From NCBI GenBank assembly GCA_903861205.1, contig CAIOTC010000022.1, positions 25 to 64,024 on the forward strand: a DNA stretch of 64,000 nt, in the 5' to 3' direction. The DNA comes from an uncultured bacterium. GTDB lineage: Bacteria > Patescibacteriota > Minisyncoccia > Phycocordibacterales > DATDWN01. A model generated the notes under the pieces. The model was not told the DNA's origin and did no database searches. It saw nothing but the letters and a program-made list of their open reading frames with translations. The number at the start of each line of letters is the position of its first letter. Position 1 is the stretch's first letter. Position numbers and translations under genes: made by a program. Positions 55,441-64,000 of the stretch are shown here, in pieces.

Positions 55441-57066
55441 ATGTCTTTTTTAAAAATGACACACTATTTGAAATATAAAATAATTTTGGGCGCTGTTTGT
55501 TTATCTTTTTTATTTGTTTTTTTGCCTCAAAAAGCTAACGCGCAATTTGGTATACCTGTTGAAGATTACGATGTGGAAATAAACACCAGCTTCATGGCTG
55601 TTGACACATTTGATATCGCCGTTGCAACAGATATTACTGCAGGAGCTTCGGTTGATACGGCAGTAAACACGAGCGCAAACACATGGGCTAAAGAGTTTCT
55701 GGGTGACGGGGTGGCCAACTTCATTGCCAAAATGATTGTAAAACAATTAACCGCCCAAACGGTTAATTGGATCAATTCCGGTTTCAAAGGCAACCCGGCT
55801 TTCGTGACCAACCCCGAAGGCTTTTTCCTCAACGTCGGCGACCAAATGGCGGCCGATTTTCTGACCAACACTTCACTAAACGGCCTTTGCAGTCCTTTCC
55901 AAGCTAAAATCCGTTTGGCTCTGGTTAAAAATTACCTGGCCGAAACAAATAAAAATTATTCTTGTACCCTCGGCCGACTTGAACAAAATTTTGAAAACTT
56001 CGCCAACAATTTCGACCAGGGAGGCTGGGACGGCTGGTTTACCATGACTCAAACAACCCAAGGCAATCCGTATGGGGCGTATCTCGACACCAAGGATCAA
56101 CTGTCAATCAACCTTGGTAATCAGGCAATAAAATATCAAAACCAACTAAACTGGGGCAAGGGCATTTTGTCTTACGAAAAATGCAAGAAGGGGGCGACAA
56201 TAATAAATCCTGCCAGAACAGTTGACAACGCCATTGACCCGTCACAAGATCCAAATTCGCCAACAAACTTACAGAGACAAAATATTGTTAATTATCAGAA
56301 TGCCATAGATAAAGCCAAGAAAGCCTACCAGGCTCTAACATTGAAAACAACTCCAGTTGCCACTGCAGCAGAACTCAACGCGGCGCAAGCGGCTATAAAC
56401 CAAGCTCAAACAAATTTTGATAATTACAGAGCGGATCATGGAATAAGCGATGAGCAGTTAAATTCCACACTAACTAATATTGACAGTGGTTTGGGAGAAG
56501 GAGATTGTGCACCAAGCGATAAAGAAACGGTTACACCTGGAAGCGTCATCAGCAATCAGTTGGACAGCGCTCTTGGTCAAACATGGGGTGAGCTCGTTAG
56601 TGCAGACGAAATAAACGAAATCGTCAGTGCTCTCATGACCCAAATGATTAGCCATGTTGTTGGCGGAATAGGAGATGGTTTGAGAAGTTTAAGCCAAAGC
56701 GATTCGTCATCGAATTCAAATACGGGACGAACCCTAATGCAACAACTTGTTGATAGCACGGCTTCAACGTCACCGGAAACAACCAGCTTTAACAAAGGCG
56801 CAAACAGCTTAATACCGTCAAATTTGGGTGGAAGCGCAAATCCTACTCCGACAGCAGACACCCCTTCCAGGACAGATACCCAAAATAAATTACATTGCGA
56901 TTCATTATCAGATCCATCTTGTAATCAAAACAGTTCAGGAAGTGGTAGTGGTGCACCTTCAACTTACTGCCTCAATAATACCGGTGATTACTATTGCTCA
57001 ACATACAACGGTCATGCTAGTTGCAACGTAACACCACCAGGCATTGATCCAAATTGCATACCATAG
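55441..57066 (+). CDS. Secreted/membrane hypothetical protein in the T4SS-like cluster
   Basis: Signal peptide; WINSGFKGNPAFV, LCSPF, GGWDGW, TPGSVI; start uncertain. Confidence 0.72.
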   Translation: MSFLKMTHYLKYKIILGAVCLSFLFVFLPQKANAQFGIPVEDYDVEINTSFMAVDTFDIAVATDITAGASVDTAVNTSANTWAKEFLGDGVANFIAKMIVKQLTAQTVNWINSGFKGNPAFVTNPEGFFLNVGDQMAADFLTNTSLNGLCSPFQAKIRLALVKNYLAETNKNYSCTLGRLEQNFENFANNFDQGGWDGWFTMTQTTQGNPYGAYLDTKDQLSINLGNQAIKYQNQLNWGKGILSYEKCKKGATIINPARTVDNAIDPSQDPNSPTNLQRQNIVNYQNAIDKAKKAYQALTLKTTPVATAAELNAAQAAINQAQTNFDNYRADHGISDEQLNSTLTNIDSGLGEGDCAPSDKETVTPGSVISNQLDSALGQTWGELVSADEINEIVSALMTQMISHVVGGIGDGLRSLSQSDSSSNSNTGRTLMQQLVDSTASTSPETTSFNKGANSLIPSNLGGSANPTPTADTPSRTDTQNKLHCDSLSDPSCNQNSSGSGSGAPSTYCLNNTGDYYCSTYNGHASCNVTPPGIDPNCIP

Positions 57067-57072
57067 AAATAA

Positions 57073-59430
57073 ATGAAAAAGTTTTTAATTTTCAGTTTAA
57101 TATTGATTCTCCTTGTCGGTGTTTTTGCACCGAGTGGGGTTGCATTTAGCGCGCCAGTTCCAGGCGGGGGCTCAGGCGGATACACCACAAACACGAATGG
57201 AACTGTTAATCAAAATGCCCAAAGCAATACCACTTCAAATCTATCCGCGATAATTATGGGTGCCCTCAGCGGTATATCTTATTTTATTCTTACCGCTATG
57301 GGCTGGCTTCTTTGGCTTTCAGGTATGCTTCTCAACCTAGTCCTTGACCAAACCATAATAAAATTCACAGCAAATATCGGAACCATGACGGGTATAAATA
57401 CTGCATGGAAAGTTATCCGCGATGTCATGAACATGTTCTTTATTTTTATACTCCTCTACAACGCCATCATGATTATTATCAGCCAGAAAAACAGAGGCGA
57501 CATCCAAAAAATTGTCGGTGGTATTGTCATCACGGCGCTTCTCATAAATTTCAGTATGTTCTTCACCAAAGTAATTATCGATGCTTCAAACATTGCCACA
57601 ATCGGATTTTATAATTCAATAATTAATGCCGGACAATCAACAGTCATAACTACTGGTACTGATTCTTCAGGGAATCCATTAACATCAAATTTGAGAATGG
57701 GGATTTCCGGCGCTTTCGCAAATGCTCTGCATATAACCAGTTTTTATTCTTCAAACGGCATAGCGAATCAACCCGCGCCGTCTTCAATGGTTATAATTTA
57801 TCTTGGAGGTGCTATTCTTTTTCTCATTGTGGCATTTGTTCTATTCGCAATAGCAGCAATGTTTGTTATTAGGTATGTCGCATTCATACTTCTACTAATG
57901 TTTTCACCTCTCGGTTTTATTGGATTTGGTTTGCCACAATTAAAAGGAGCTCAAGACGATTGGTGGAAAATACTTAAAGGTCAAGCGATTTTTGCGCCAC
58001 TATATATGTTTCTGACATGGGTAATTCTGACGCTCATGGGCAGTGATGGATTTATTCCAAAATCTGGCGCACTGGCAGACATTAATAATGCCGCTGATCC
58101 GACTGCGCAAATGGGAGCCATTGCACTCATAATAAACTTCGCGGTTATTATCATATTGATTATTTTCTCACTGACAAAATCGAAGGAGTACGCCGAGCAG
58201 GGTTCAAAATATCTCAGCCAAGCCACTGGCAAACTGACCGCCTTCGCTGGCGGGGTAGCAATGGGGGGCAGCGCGGCAATTATGAGAAATACAGCCGGGA
58301 GATATGCGAACAACAAAGCCAACGACCAGGATTTGAAAGATCGTGCTGCTAAGGGTGACAAACTTGCTCAGTTGCAGTTGAAAACTTACAGGGCGGCTGC
58401 AGCAGGAAGTTTTGACTTGAGAAGAAGCTCTGCAGGTGAACAAATAGCGAAAAGTACTGGCGTAAACTTCGGAAAAGGAATTCCATTTAATGAAAAATCT
58501 GGACAAGGTGGATTCAAGAAAGCAAAAGAAGAAAAAGCAAAGAAAGAACAAGAATATGCAAAATCCCTAAAACCTTCTGACGAAGAATACGAAATCGCAA
58601 AAGAAAAAGATGCTGAAATAAAAGCCGCACAGGCAAAACTAAAAGACGCAGGATTTATTGCTGAAGAAAAAAGAAGAAAAGATGGTGAGTTAAATTCTGA
58701 AAAATACAAAAATTCAGAAATGTATTTGAATGCAGAAAAAGAAAAAACAGAAAACGAAGCAAATGAAGCTAAGGTGATTACGGAAAAAGAAAAACAAGCA
58801 AAACTTGACGCAGAATTGAAAGAGATTGAGAAGTTAAAACAAAGTGCATCATATCTTCTCGACCAACAGAAACGAAAAGAAATTGATGATAATATTTCAG
58901 CAAAAAAACGAGAGATTGAGGACCAAAATGAAATAATATCAAAATTAAAAGAGAGTATAGAAAAAAATAGTGTAGCGACCAAAGAGCGTCAAAAATATGA
59001 GAATGAATGGAAGAGCAAGGATAAAAGTGATTTGGAAGAATTGGCAAAACAAGAAGCTAATAATGAAAAAGAGTTAGAAAATATTTGGAAAGAACGCAAG
59101 AATAATTATGCCGACAGCGTTGAAAATGCGTGGATGAAACGATATTCTATGACTATTCTTGGTGGTTTGGCGGGTGCCGCGTTGGGGGGGCCTATCGGTG
59201 CTGGGGTTGGCGCCGCAGTAGGCAAATCATTCGGTGGAACAAAAGCTGAGCAGGAACATATAGCCAGAAAAATAAGGAATGAAACGGGAAAGAAAAAAGA
59301 AATGACAAAAAAGGAAAAGGCTGAATTAAGAAAAAAATTGGATAAACTTGAAGACAAAGACAGTGATGAGGCGAAAGAGATAAAGAAAAAACTTGGTTGG
59401 GATGAAGAAGATAAAGAACTAGAAGAATAA
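57073..59430 (+). CDS. VirB6/TrbL-like polytopic membrane protein with coiled-coil tail
   Basis: WKVIRDVMN, ALLINFS...IIDASN, RYVAFILLLMFSPL; many TMs; context with PrgI and VirB4. Confidence 0.75.
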   Translation: MKKFLIFSLILILLVGVFAPSGVAFSAPVPGGGSGGYTTNTNGTVNQNAQSNTTSNLSAIIMGALSGISYFILTAMGWLLWLSGMLLNLVLDQTIIKFTANIGTMTGINTAWKVIRDVMNMFFIFILLYNAIMIIISQKNRGDIQKIVGGIVITALLINFSMFFTKVIIDASNIATIGFYNSIINAGQSTVITTGTDSSGNPLTSNLRMGISGAFANALHITSFYSSNGIANQPAPSSMVIIYLGGAILFLIVAFVLFAIAAMFVIRYVAFILLLMFSPLGFIGFGLPQLKGAQDDWWKILKGQAIFAPLYMFLTWVILTLMGSDGFIPKSGALADINNAADPTAQMGAIALIINFAVIIILIIFSLTKSKEYAEQGSKYLSQATGKLTAFAGGVAMGGSAAIMRNTAGRYANNKANDQDLKDRAAKGDKLAQLQLKTYRAAAAGSFDLRRSSAGEQIAKSTGVNFGKGIPFNEKSGQGGFKKAKEEKAKKEQEYAKSLKPSDEEYEIAKEKDAEIKAAQAKLKDAGFIAEEKRRKDGELNSEKYKNSEMYLNAEKEKTENEANEAKVITEKEKQAKLDAELKEIEKLKQSASYLLDQQKRKEIDDNISAKKREIEDQNEIISKLKESIEKNSVATKERQKYENEWKSKDKSDLEELAKQEANNEKELENIWKERKNNYADSVENAWMKRYSMTILGGLAGAALGGPIGAGVGAAVGKSFGGTKAEQEHIARKIRNETGKKKEMTKKEKAELRKKLDKLEDKDSDEAKEIKKKLGWDEEDKELEE

Positions 59431-59433
59431 AAG

Positions 59434-60222
59434 ATGGACGAACAAACATTAAAACAAATGCCAGAATATGTGCAAAAACTCCCGAAAGAAGTGCGAGATT
59501 TTGTCTTTGACGGAGTTTGGGAAAGCAGAACAACAGAAATCGCAACAAAATATTCTTTGAACGAAAGCCAGACTGACACATTCATTAACAAAGTTTTATA
59601 CATTTTGATTGGGCTGGAAAATCCGGATGATTTTCTCAATTCAACAATTTCAGAGTTGAATATTTCGCGACTTTTAGCGACACAGATGATGGAAGAGATT
59701 GAAAAAAGAGTTTTTGAGTATGCAATAAATGAAATAGAAAAAAATAAAGTGCCGGAAGCGTCAAAGAAAACCTTCGACGCCAATGCTGACACCGAACCGG
59801 AAATTCCAGAGGTGCGACCGGAAATAACGCCCATGGTAGAGGGAGGCGAGAGTGTTCACACCAATCCGCCACCAGTTGAAACTCCAAAACCAGAAGTGGC
59901 AAGGACGGCCCTTGCCACTCCAGCTCCGAAACCAATTCCACAAGCGCCGGATAATTTACCGGGAGTTGAGCTTCCCAGTGCCGAGCGTCCCGGTGCCGAT
60001 GTTGCCGCTGCGCCTGCGGCACCGTCCCCCAATCCCGCTTCCGAGGTCGAACCCGAAAAAACTTTCATTGGTTCGGATTTCTTGCAGAAACCAGTTTCGC
60101 CCGAGGAGTTACCTCCGGTGTCCGACCCGAAGTCAGCACCCGAGGAAACTCCTCCGGCCATACCTACACCTCCTACTCCGCCTAAACACACTGTAGATCC
60201 ATACCGCGAACCAATTGAATAA
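59434..60222 (+). CDS. Hypothetical protein with Pro-rich tail ending DPYREPIE
   Basis: Helical N-domain, P/A/E-rich linker, C-terminal DPYREP. Confidence 0.75.
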   Translation: MDEQTLKQMPEYVQKLPKEVRDFVFDGVWESRTTEIATKYSLNESQTDTFINKVLYILIGLENPDDFLNSTISELNISRLLATQMMEEIEKRVFEYAINEIEKNKVPEASKKTFDANADTEPEIPEVRPEITPMVEGGESVHTNPPPVETPKPEVARTALATPAPKPIPQAPDNLPGVELPSAERPGADVAAAPAAPSPNPASEVEPEKTFIGSDFLQKPVSPEELPPVSDPKSAPEETPPAIPTPPTPPKHTVDPYREPIE

Positions 60223-60263
60223 TAAAACAAAAAGACGCAAAAGCGTCTTTTTGTTTTATTATT
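60218..60263. terminator. Bidirectional intrinsic terminator
   Basis: AATAATAAAACAAAAAGACGC-AAAA-GCGTCTTTTTGTTTTATTATT. Confidence 0.85.
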
Positions 60264-60488
60264 CCCCCACCCTCGCAGAATAGTCCAAACATCTTCCACA
60301 GGGTTTGTGACGTGGTCTACGGCGCAAAGCCGTGTCGGTCAAACGGGTTTAGTCACTTTAGTGAAAATAAATTCACAACCACTTGACCCAAGTCGTATTA
60401 CCAGTTTGGCTGACGATACGACACTGTAATGATTTTATATTATCAAATTGTAGAATTTGTGCAAATATTCTGTTAAAATTAAAGTGAT

Positions 60489-60707
60489 ATGAGAGAAGTC
60501 AAAACTATAACAAAAAATTTTTTAGATTGGATAAAAATAAAGGAATTCTTACACTTCAAAAAAAATCCTGCTGGTTTTGAGACGAGCGCACCTTTGTCAC
60601 AAGCCAGAACAATTTCTTCCAAAAGACTTGTTAGGCTGATTGATAAGATGAGTAGTGATTCTTTCAAAGAATTAAAAACAGCCCTAAATAAGGCTATTTT
60701 TAAGTGA
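60489..60707 (+). pseudogene. Internally deleted PemK/MazF-like gene
   Basis: N-terminal KNFLDW.KIK and C-terminal LSQARTISSKRL..I.K are present; the RP catalytic segment is absent. Confidence 0.6.
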
Positions 60708-60826
60708 TTGCACTCTCACTTTCGTGAGAGCGATTGCCCCCGAAGGGATTTATGAATAAAGTATATCAACTCAAAGTGAAAAGTCAATGAGGTGTGGATA
60801 AGAAAAATGAGCTAAAATACAACTAT

Positions 60827-61264
60827 ATGAAATATCAAGTTCCACAATTCATCGAAATAGAAGACAAAATTATCGGGCCTTTGACGATCAAGCAGTTCGT
60901 TTACCTGGCCGGGGGAGCGGGAATGTGCTTTATCGCTTACCGATTTTTACCATTCCTCATTGCTATCGTTCTGATGGCAGTTATTATCGCTTTGTCACTG
61001 GCGCTGGCTTTTTACAAAGTCAACAATCGAAATTTCATCGAACTTTTGGAATCAATGTTTAATTTTTACACCAAAAGCCGGCTGTATATTTGGAAAAAGG
61101 AAGTTAAACAAATATCAAGAAATAAGGCGCCAGCTACGACAGCACTGGAACAAATATTCGTTCCAAAACTTTCCGAAAGCAAATTGAAAGAATTGTCGTG
61201 GAGTTTGGACATTAATGAGAACCTGAATCCATTAACGGGAGAGGAGGGAAAGAATACCAAATAA
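60827..61264 (+). CDS. PrgI family (VirB3-like) protein
   Basis: YQVPQFIEIEDKIIGPLTIKQF plus two TMs. Confidence 0.88.
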   Translation: MKYQVPQFIEIEDKIIGPLTIKQFVYLAGGAGMCFIAYRFLPFLIAIVLMAVIIALSLALAFYKVNNRNFIELLESMFNFYTKSRLYIWKKEVKQISRNKAPATTALEQIFVPKLSESKLKELSWSLDINENLNPLTGEEGKNTK

Positions 61265-61701
61265 TTTTCAATTTCCAATTCTCAATTTTCAAACAATGAA
61301 TAAATTTTCAATGTATGAATTACGATTTAGAAAATAGGACAAGAGTTTTTTCAAAAAATATTCTTTGTTTTTGCAAGAAAATAAAAATTAATTATTTAAA
61401 CTCAAACATAATTTCTCAATTACTTAGATCGTCTACCAGTGTTGGAGCAAATTATTGCGAAGCAAACAACGCTAGTTCCAAAAATGATTTTAGAAATAAA
61501 ATTTATCTTTCAAGGAAGGAAATCCAAGAAACTGAGTACTGGCTAGATTTACTGGCAGAAATTTGTGAGATAAACGACGAATTACAAAAATTGCAGAAGG
61601 AAACGAGGGAACTTATACTGATTTTTAATAAGATTACTTTTTCATTGAAAAATTGAATCATTGGAAATTTTTTGAAAATTGAGAATTGGAAATTGAAAAT
61701 T
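61263..61701. mobile_element. Four-helix-bundle cassette bounded by 31-bp perfect inverted repeats (mobility inferred)
   Basis: 61263-61293 is the exact reverse complement of 61671-61701. Confidence 0.65.
61315..61656 (+). CDS. Four-helix-bundle protein (TIGR02436 / 23S-IVP-like)
   Basis: DLENRT..F...QLLRSSTSVGANYCEAN.A.SK.DF.NK...RKE..ET.YWL. Confidence 0.92.
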   Translation: MNYDLENRTRVFSKNILCFCKKIKINYLNSNIISQLLRSSTSVGANYCEANNASSKNDFRNKIYLSRKEIQETEYWLDLLAEICEINDELQKLQKETRELILIFNKITFSLKN

Positions 61702-61722
61702 TTTTTGTGCTATAATATTCAC

Positions 61723-62358
61723 ATGGCAGTTTCTTCAAAAGCAACACAGGAATTTGTGCCGATCAAAGAAGTGCGCGATGGAGTGGTTATTCTGAAAACC
61801 GGCTCGATGCGCGCGGTTGTTTTGGCCTCATCGCTGAATTTTTCTCTCAAATCGGACGACGAGCGCGAGGCTATCGTCAGCCAGTTCCAAGATTTTTTGA
61901 ACTCGCTCGATTTCGAAGTGGAAATTTCCATTCAGTCCCGTCGGCTGGATATACGGCCGTACATAGCCCTGCTGGAGGAACAGTACAAAAAACAACTTAA
62001 CGACTTGATGAAAATCCAGACGCGCGAATACATCGAGTTCATCAAAAAATTCACAGAGTCAACTAACATCATGACCAAAAGTTTCTTTGTCGTCGTGCCA
62101 TATGATCCGGCCATCATCGGCGGAGGAGCGGGCGGCGGAATTTTCCAAAAACAATCGGCCGAAGAAAAAGTTCAAGCCAAGCAAGCAACATTCGAAGAAA
62201 ACCGAACACAACTCGAGCAGAGAGTTTCTGTGGTGGAGCAAGGTTTGGTTCGCTCCGGAATCCGCGTCATCAGACTGGGAACCGAAGAAGTGATAGAGTT
62301 GTTCTATAAGATTTTCAATCCGGGGGATACGGAGAAACCAATCAAGGTTAGCAGTTAG
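61723..62358 (+). CDS. VirB4/TraC-N-terminal-like accessory protein
   Basis: ATQEFVPIKEVRDG, NFSLKS..E, FLNSLDF, FFVVVP; directly precedes virB4. Confidence 0.72.
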   Translation: MAVSSKATQEFVPIKEVRDGVVILKTGSMRAVVLASSLNFSLKSDDEREAIVSQFQDFLNSLDFEVEISIQSRRLDIRPYIALLEEQYKKQLNDLMKIQTREYIEFIKKFTESTNIMTKSFFVVVPYDPAIIGGGAGGGIFQKQSAEEKVQAKQATFEENRTQLEQRVSVVEQGLVRSGIRVIRLGTEEVIELFYKIFNPGDTEKPIKVSS

Positions 62359-62431
62359 AATATAGTAGTTAGCATTTAGGAAAAATGCCGATGCATTCAC
62401 CTAAATTCTACCTACTAACTACTAAATACTA
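62348..62431. repeat. TAGTAGT/ACTACTA periodic inverted-repeat cassette, gene-less
   Basis: TAGTAGTTAGCATTTAGG ... CCTAAATT...CTAACTACTA. Confidence 0.6.
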
Positions 62432-63999
62432 TGTCATTTCTAGATTTTTTCAAAACAAAAAAGGAACCCGAGATTGGCTCGATTTTGCCTTCCGAAATTT
62501 ACGAGGCTGGCACTTTGGAACTGAAAGACATCATCGCTCCTAGCGCTTTGAAAATTTCACCGAAAGAAATCAATCTCGGAGAGAAAATCACCCGCAGTTT
62601 TTTCGTCATTTCATATCCGCGCTACCTCTCCGAAAGCTGGTTTGCACCCATTATCAACCTCGATAAAATTTTTGATGTTTCCATTTTCATTTCACCCATC
62701 GAAACGGCTCAAGTCCTGCGCACCTTCCAGAAAAAAGTGGCTGAGGTACAGAGCCAAATCAGCGTTCGAGAAAGCAAGGGCCTGGTTCGTGATCCGAAAC
62801 TCGATACCGCTTACCAAGATCTCGAAAACTTGCGCGATCAACTCCAACAAGCCCAGGAAAAACTTTTTGACGTCGGTCTGTACATGACTATATATGGCGA
62901 GAGTGAAGGTGAGTTGGACAAAACGGAATCCGAAATAAAATCCATTCTCGAGTCCAAAATGGTTTACGTCAAACCAGCCCTTTTCCAACAGGAGCAAGGC
63001 TTTCGAACCACTCTGCCCATCGGCACCGACGAACTGAAAGTTTACAGCAAAATGAATTCCTCGCCACTTTCGTCTCTTTTTCCATTCATTTCGTTTGACT
63101 TGACCTCCGACAAAGGCATTCTCTACGGCATCAACCGCCACAACTCGTCCTTGGTTCTTTTTGATCGATTTTCTTTGGAAAACTACAACTCGATCACCTT
63201 CGCTAAGTCCGGCGCCGGGAAGAGCGTAAAGGGGTCCGAGCCGGTGCTGATTAGAAAAAATGGTAGTATTTCGCTAGAAAAAATCGGACCGTTGGTAGAA
63301 AAAACGATTCGAAAACAAGGTAAAACAAAACTCGACGGTGAAATGGAGGGGGTGGTTGACCCAGGATTTGAAGTTTGGAGTTTTGATAAAGAATTGAAAG
63401 GTTCGTGGAGCAAAGTTTCTGTGGCAGCCCGCAAAGACGCTCCGAATATTTATTATAGTTTCAAAACTAAAAGCGGGCGAGAAATAACCACCACGGAAGA
63501 TCACAACATGCTTGTTTTACGTGATGGGCGAGTAAATGTCGCAAAAAGTACAGAAATAAAAGAAGGGGAATTCGTACCATTACCTCGCGCCGTTTCTTTT
63601 TCCGAAAACTCGCCGATAAAATTAAATCTTTTGGATTTTTTCAAAAACGAACCGCGAATGTATGTGACTGGCGTAGCTGATATTATTGCCAGAATTCACA
63701 AAGCATACTCGCGAGAAGCTATTGACGTAAAATATGACGCTTATTTACCAATGTATAAAAAAGGCAGACGTGTTCCTTTGGAATTCTTTAATAAACTTCT
63801 CAAAAAATCAGAAATTATACTAACAGACGAGAAAATATCATCGCTTAATATCACATCTAGAAATGGCAAGAGCAAATTGCCTGCACTTTTTACAGTTACA
63901 AAAGACCTTGGAACACTTCTGGGTTACATCAGCGCCGAAGGAACCATAAACCGTGACGCCATACATATTAGTAATATAGATGTGGATGTTTTGGTTATA
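62431..63999 (+). CDS. virB4: VirB4/TraE-like ATPase, intein-containing (runs off window edge)
   Basis: Manual translation: DIIAPS...FPFISFDLT..GILYGINRHNSSLVLFDRFSLENYNSITFAKSGAGK. Confidence 0.85.
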   Translation, partial: MSFLDFFKTKKEPEIGSILPSEIYEAGTLELKDIIAPSALKISPKEINLGEKITRSFFVISYPRYLSESWFAPIINLDKIFDVSIFISPIETAQVLRTFQKKVAEVQSQISVRESKGLVRDPKLDTAYQDLENLRDQLQQAQEKLFDVGLYMTIYGESEGELDKTESEIKSILESKMVYVKPALFQQEQGFRTTLPIGTDELKVYSKMNSSPLSSLFPFISFDLTSDKGILYGINRHNSSLVLFDRFSLENYNSITFAKSGAGKSVKGSEPVLIRKNGSISLEKIGPLVEKTIRKQGKTKLDGEMEGVVDPGFEVWSFDKELKGSWSKVSVAARKDAPNIYYSFKTKSGREITTTEDHNMLVLRDGRVNVAKSTEIKEGEFVPLPRAVSFSENSPIKLNLLDFFKNEPRMYVTGVADIIARIHKAYSREAIDVKYDAYLPMYKKGRRVPLEFFNKLLKKSEIILTDEKISSLNITSRNGKSKLPALFTVTKDLGTLLGYISAEGTINRDAIHISNIDVDVLVI

Positions 64000-64000
64000 A
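63223..64000 (+). mobile_element. Intein with LAGLIDADG homing endonuclease (partial)
   Basis: After GAGK: SVKGSEPVLI (block A), GREITTTEDH (block B, TxxH), LLGYISAEG (LAGLIDADG block C). Confidence 0.9.

Noticed and set aside
60310-60345. c-di-GMP-I riboswitch (GGCGCAAAGCC)
   Set aside because: Lacks the upstream GGCAAAC/GNRA P2 stem and the receptor arrangement
24030-60805. Scattered DnaA-box matches (24037, 26462, 32088, 60794) as origins
   Set aside because: Isolated single boxes with no cluster or unwinding element; at most promoter-associated sites
61315-61656. Diversity-generating retroelement (Avd-like gene)
   Set aside because: No reverse transcriptase and no TR/VR pair differing at adenines in this window
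1-64000. Alternative genetic code (TGA=Gly)
   Set aside because: TGA cleanly ends intact genes (5915, 16148, 61656) and no conserved gene is interrupted by TGA

Overview
64-kb chromosomal window from a reduced-genome Patescibacteria (CPR) bacterium, most likely Parcubacteria/Paceibacteria (inferred from gene content, a trigger factor lacking its PPIase domain and CPR-typical families). It uses the standard genetic code, with TGA as stop. It carries housekeeping genes (rnhA, recJ, pgk, tpiA, nusA, tig, rsmE, clpP, rny, hup, cca, xth, rpsO, pnp, comM, uvrD/pcrA, rsmA), five tRNAs, a type IV pilus cluster (pilB/pilC plus three minor pilins), three intact toxin-antitoxin pairs, and the start of the CPR type IV secretion-like locus, whose VirB4 ATPase has a LAGLIDADG intein in Walker A. 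The most unusual signals lie outside the gene annotation. (i) Cassettes bounded by periodic (7-9 nt unit) inverted repeats occur with a four-helix-bundle gene, with a decayed copy of it, empty, or as a solo arm inserted in frame in recJ. (ii) A TrpR-like gene is bracketed by two copies of one palindrome. (iii) Two families of branched hairpin elements have covarying stems and invariant loops. (iv) Hairpins and a 23-mer are embedded in frame in housekeeping genes. (v) About 0.9 kb of densely structured non-coding sequence surrounds a divergent promoter pair next to a TrmB-type regulator. (vi) Eight parS-like sites cluster at 28-31.5 kb. All calls come from reading the sequence by eye; no searches or folding programs were run.
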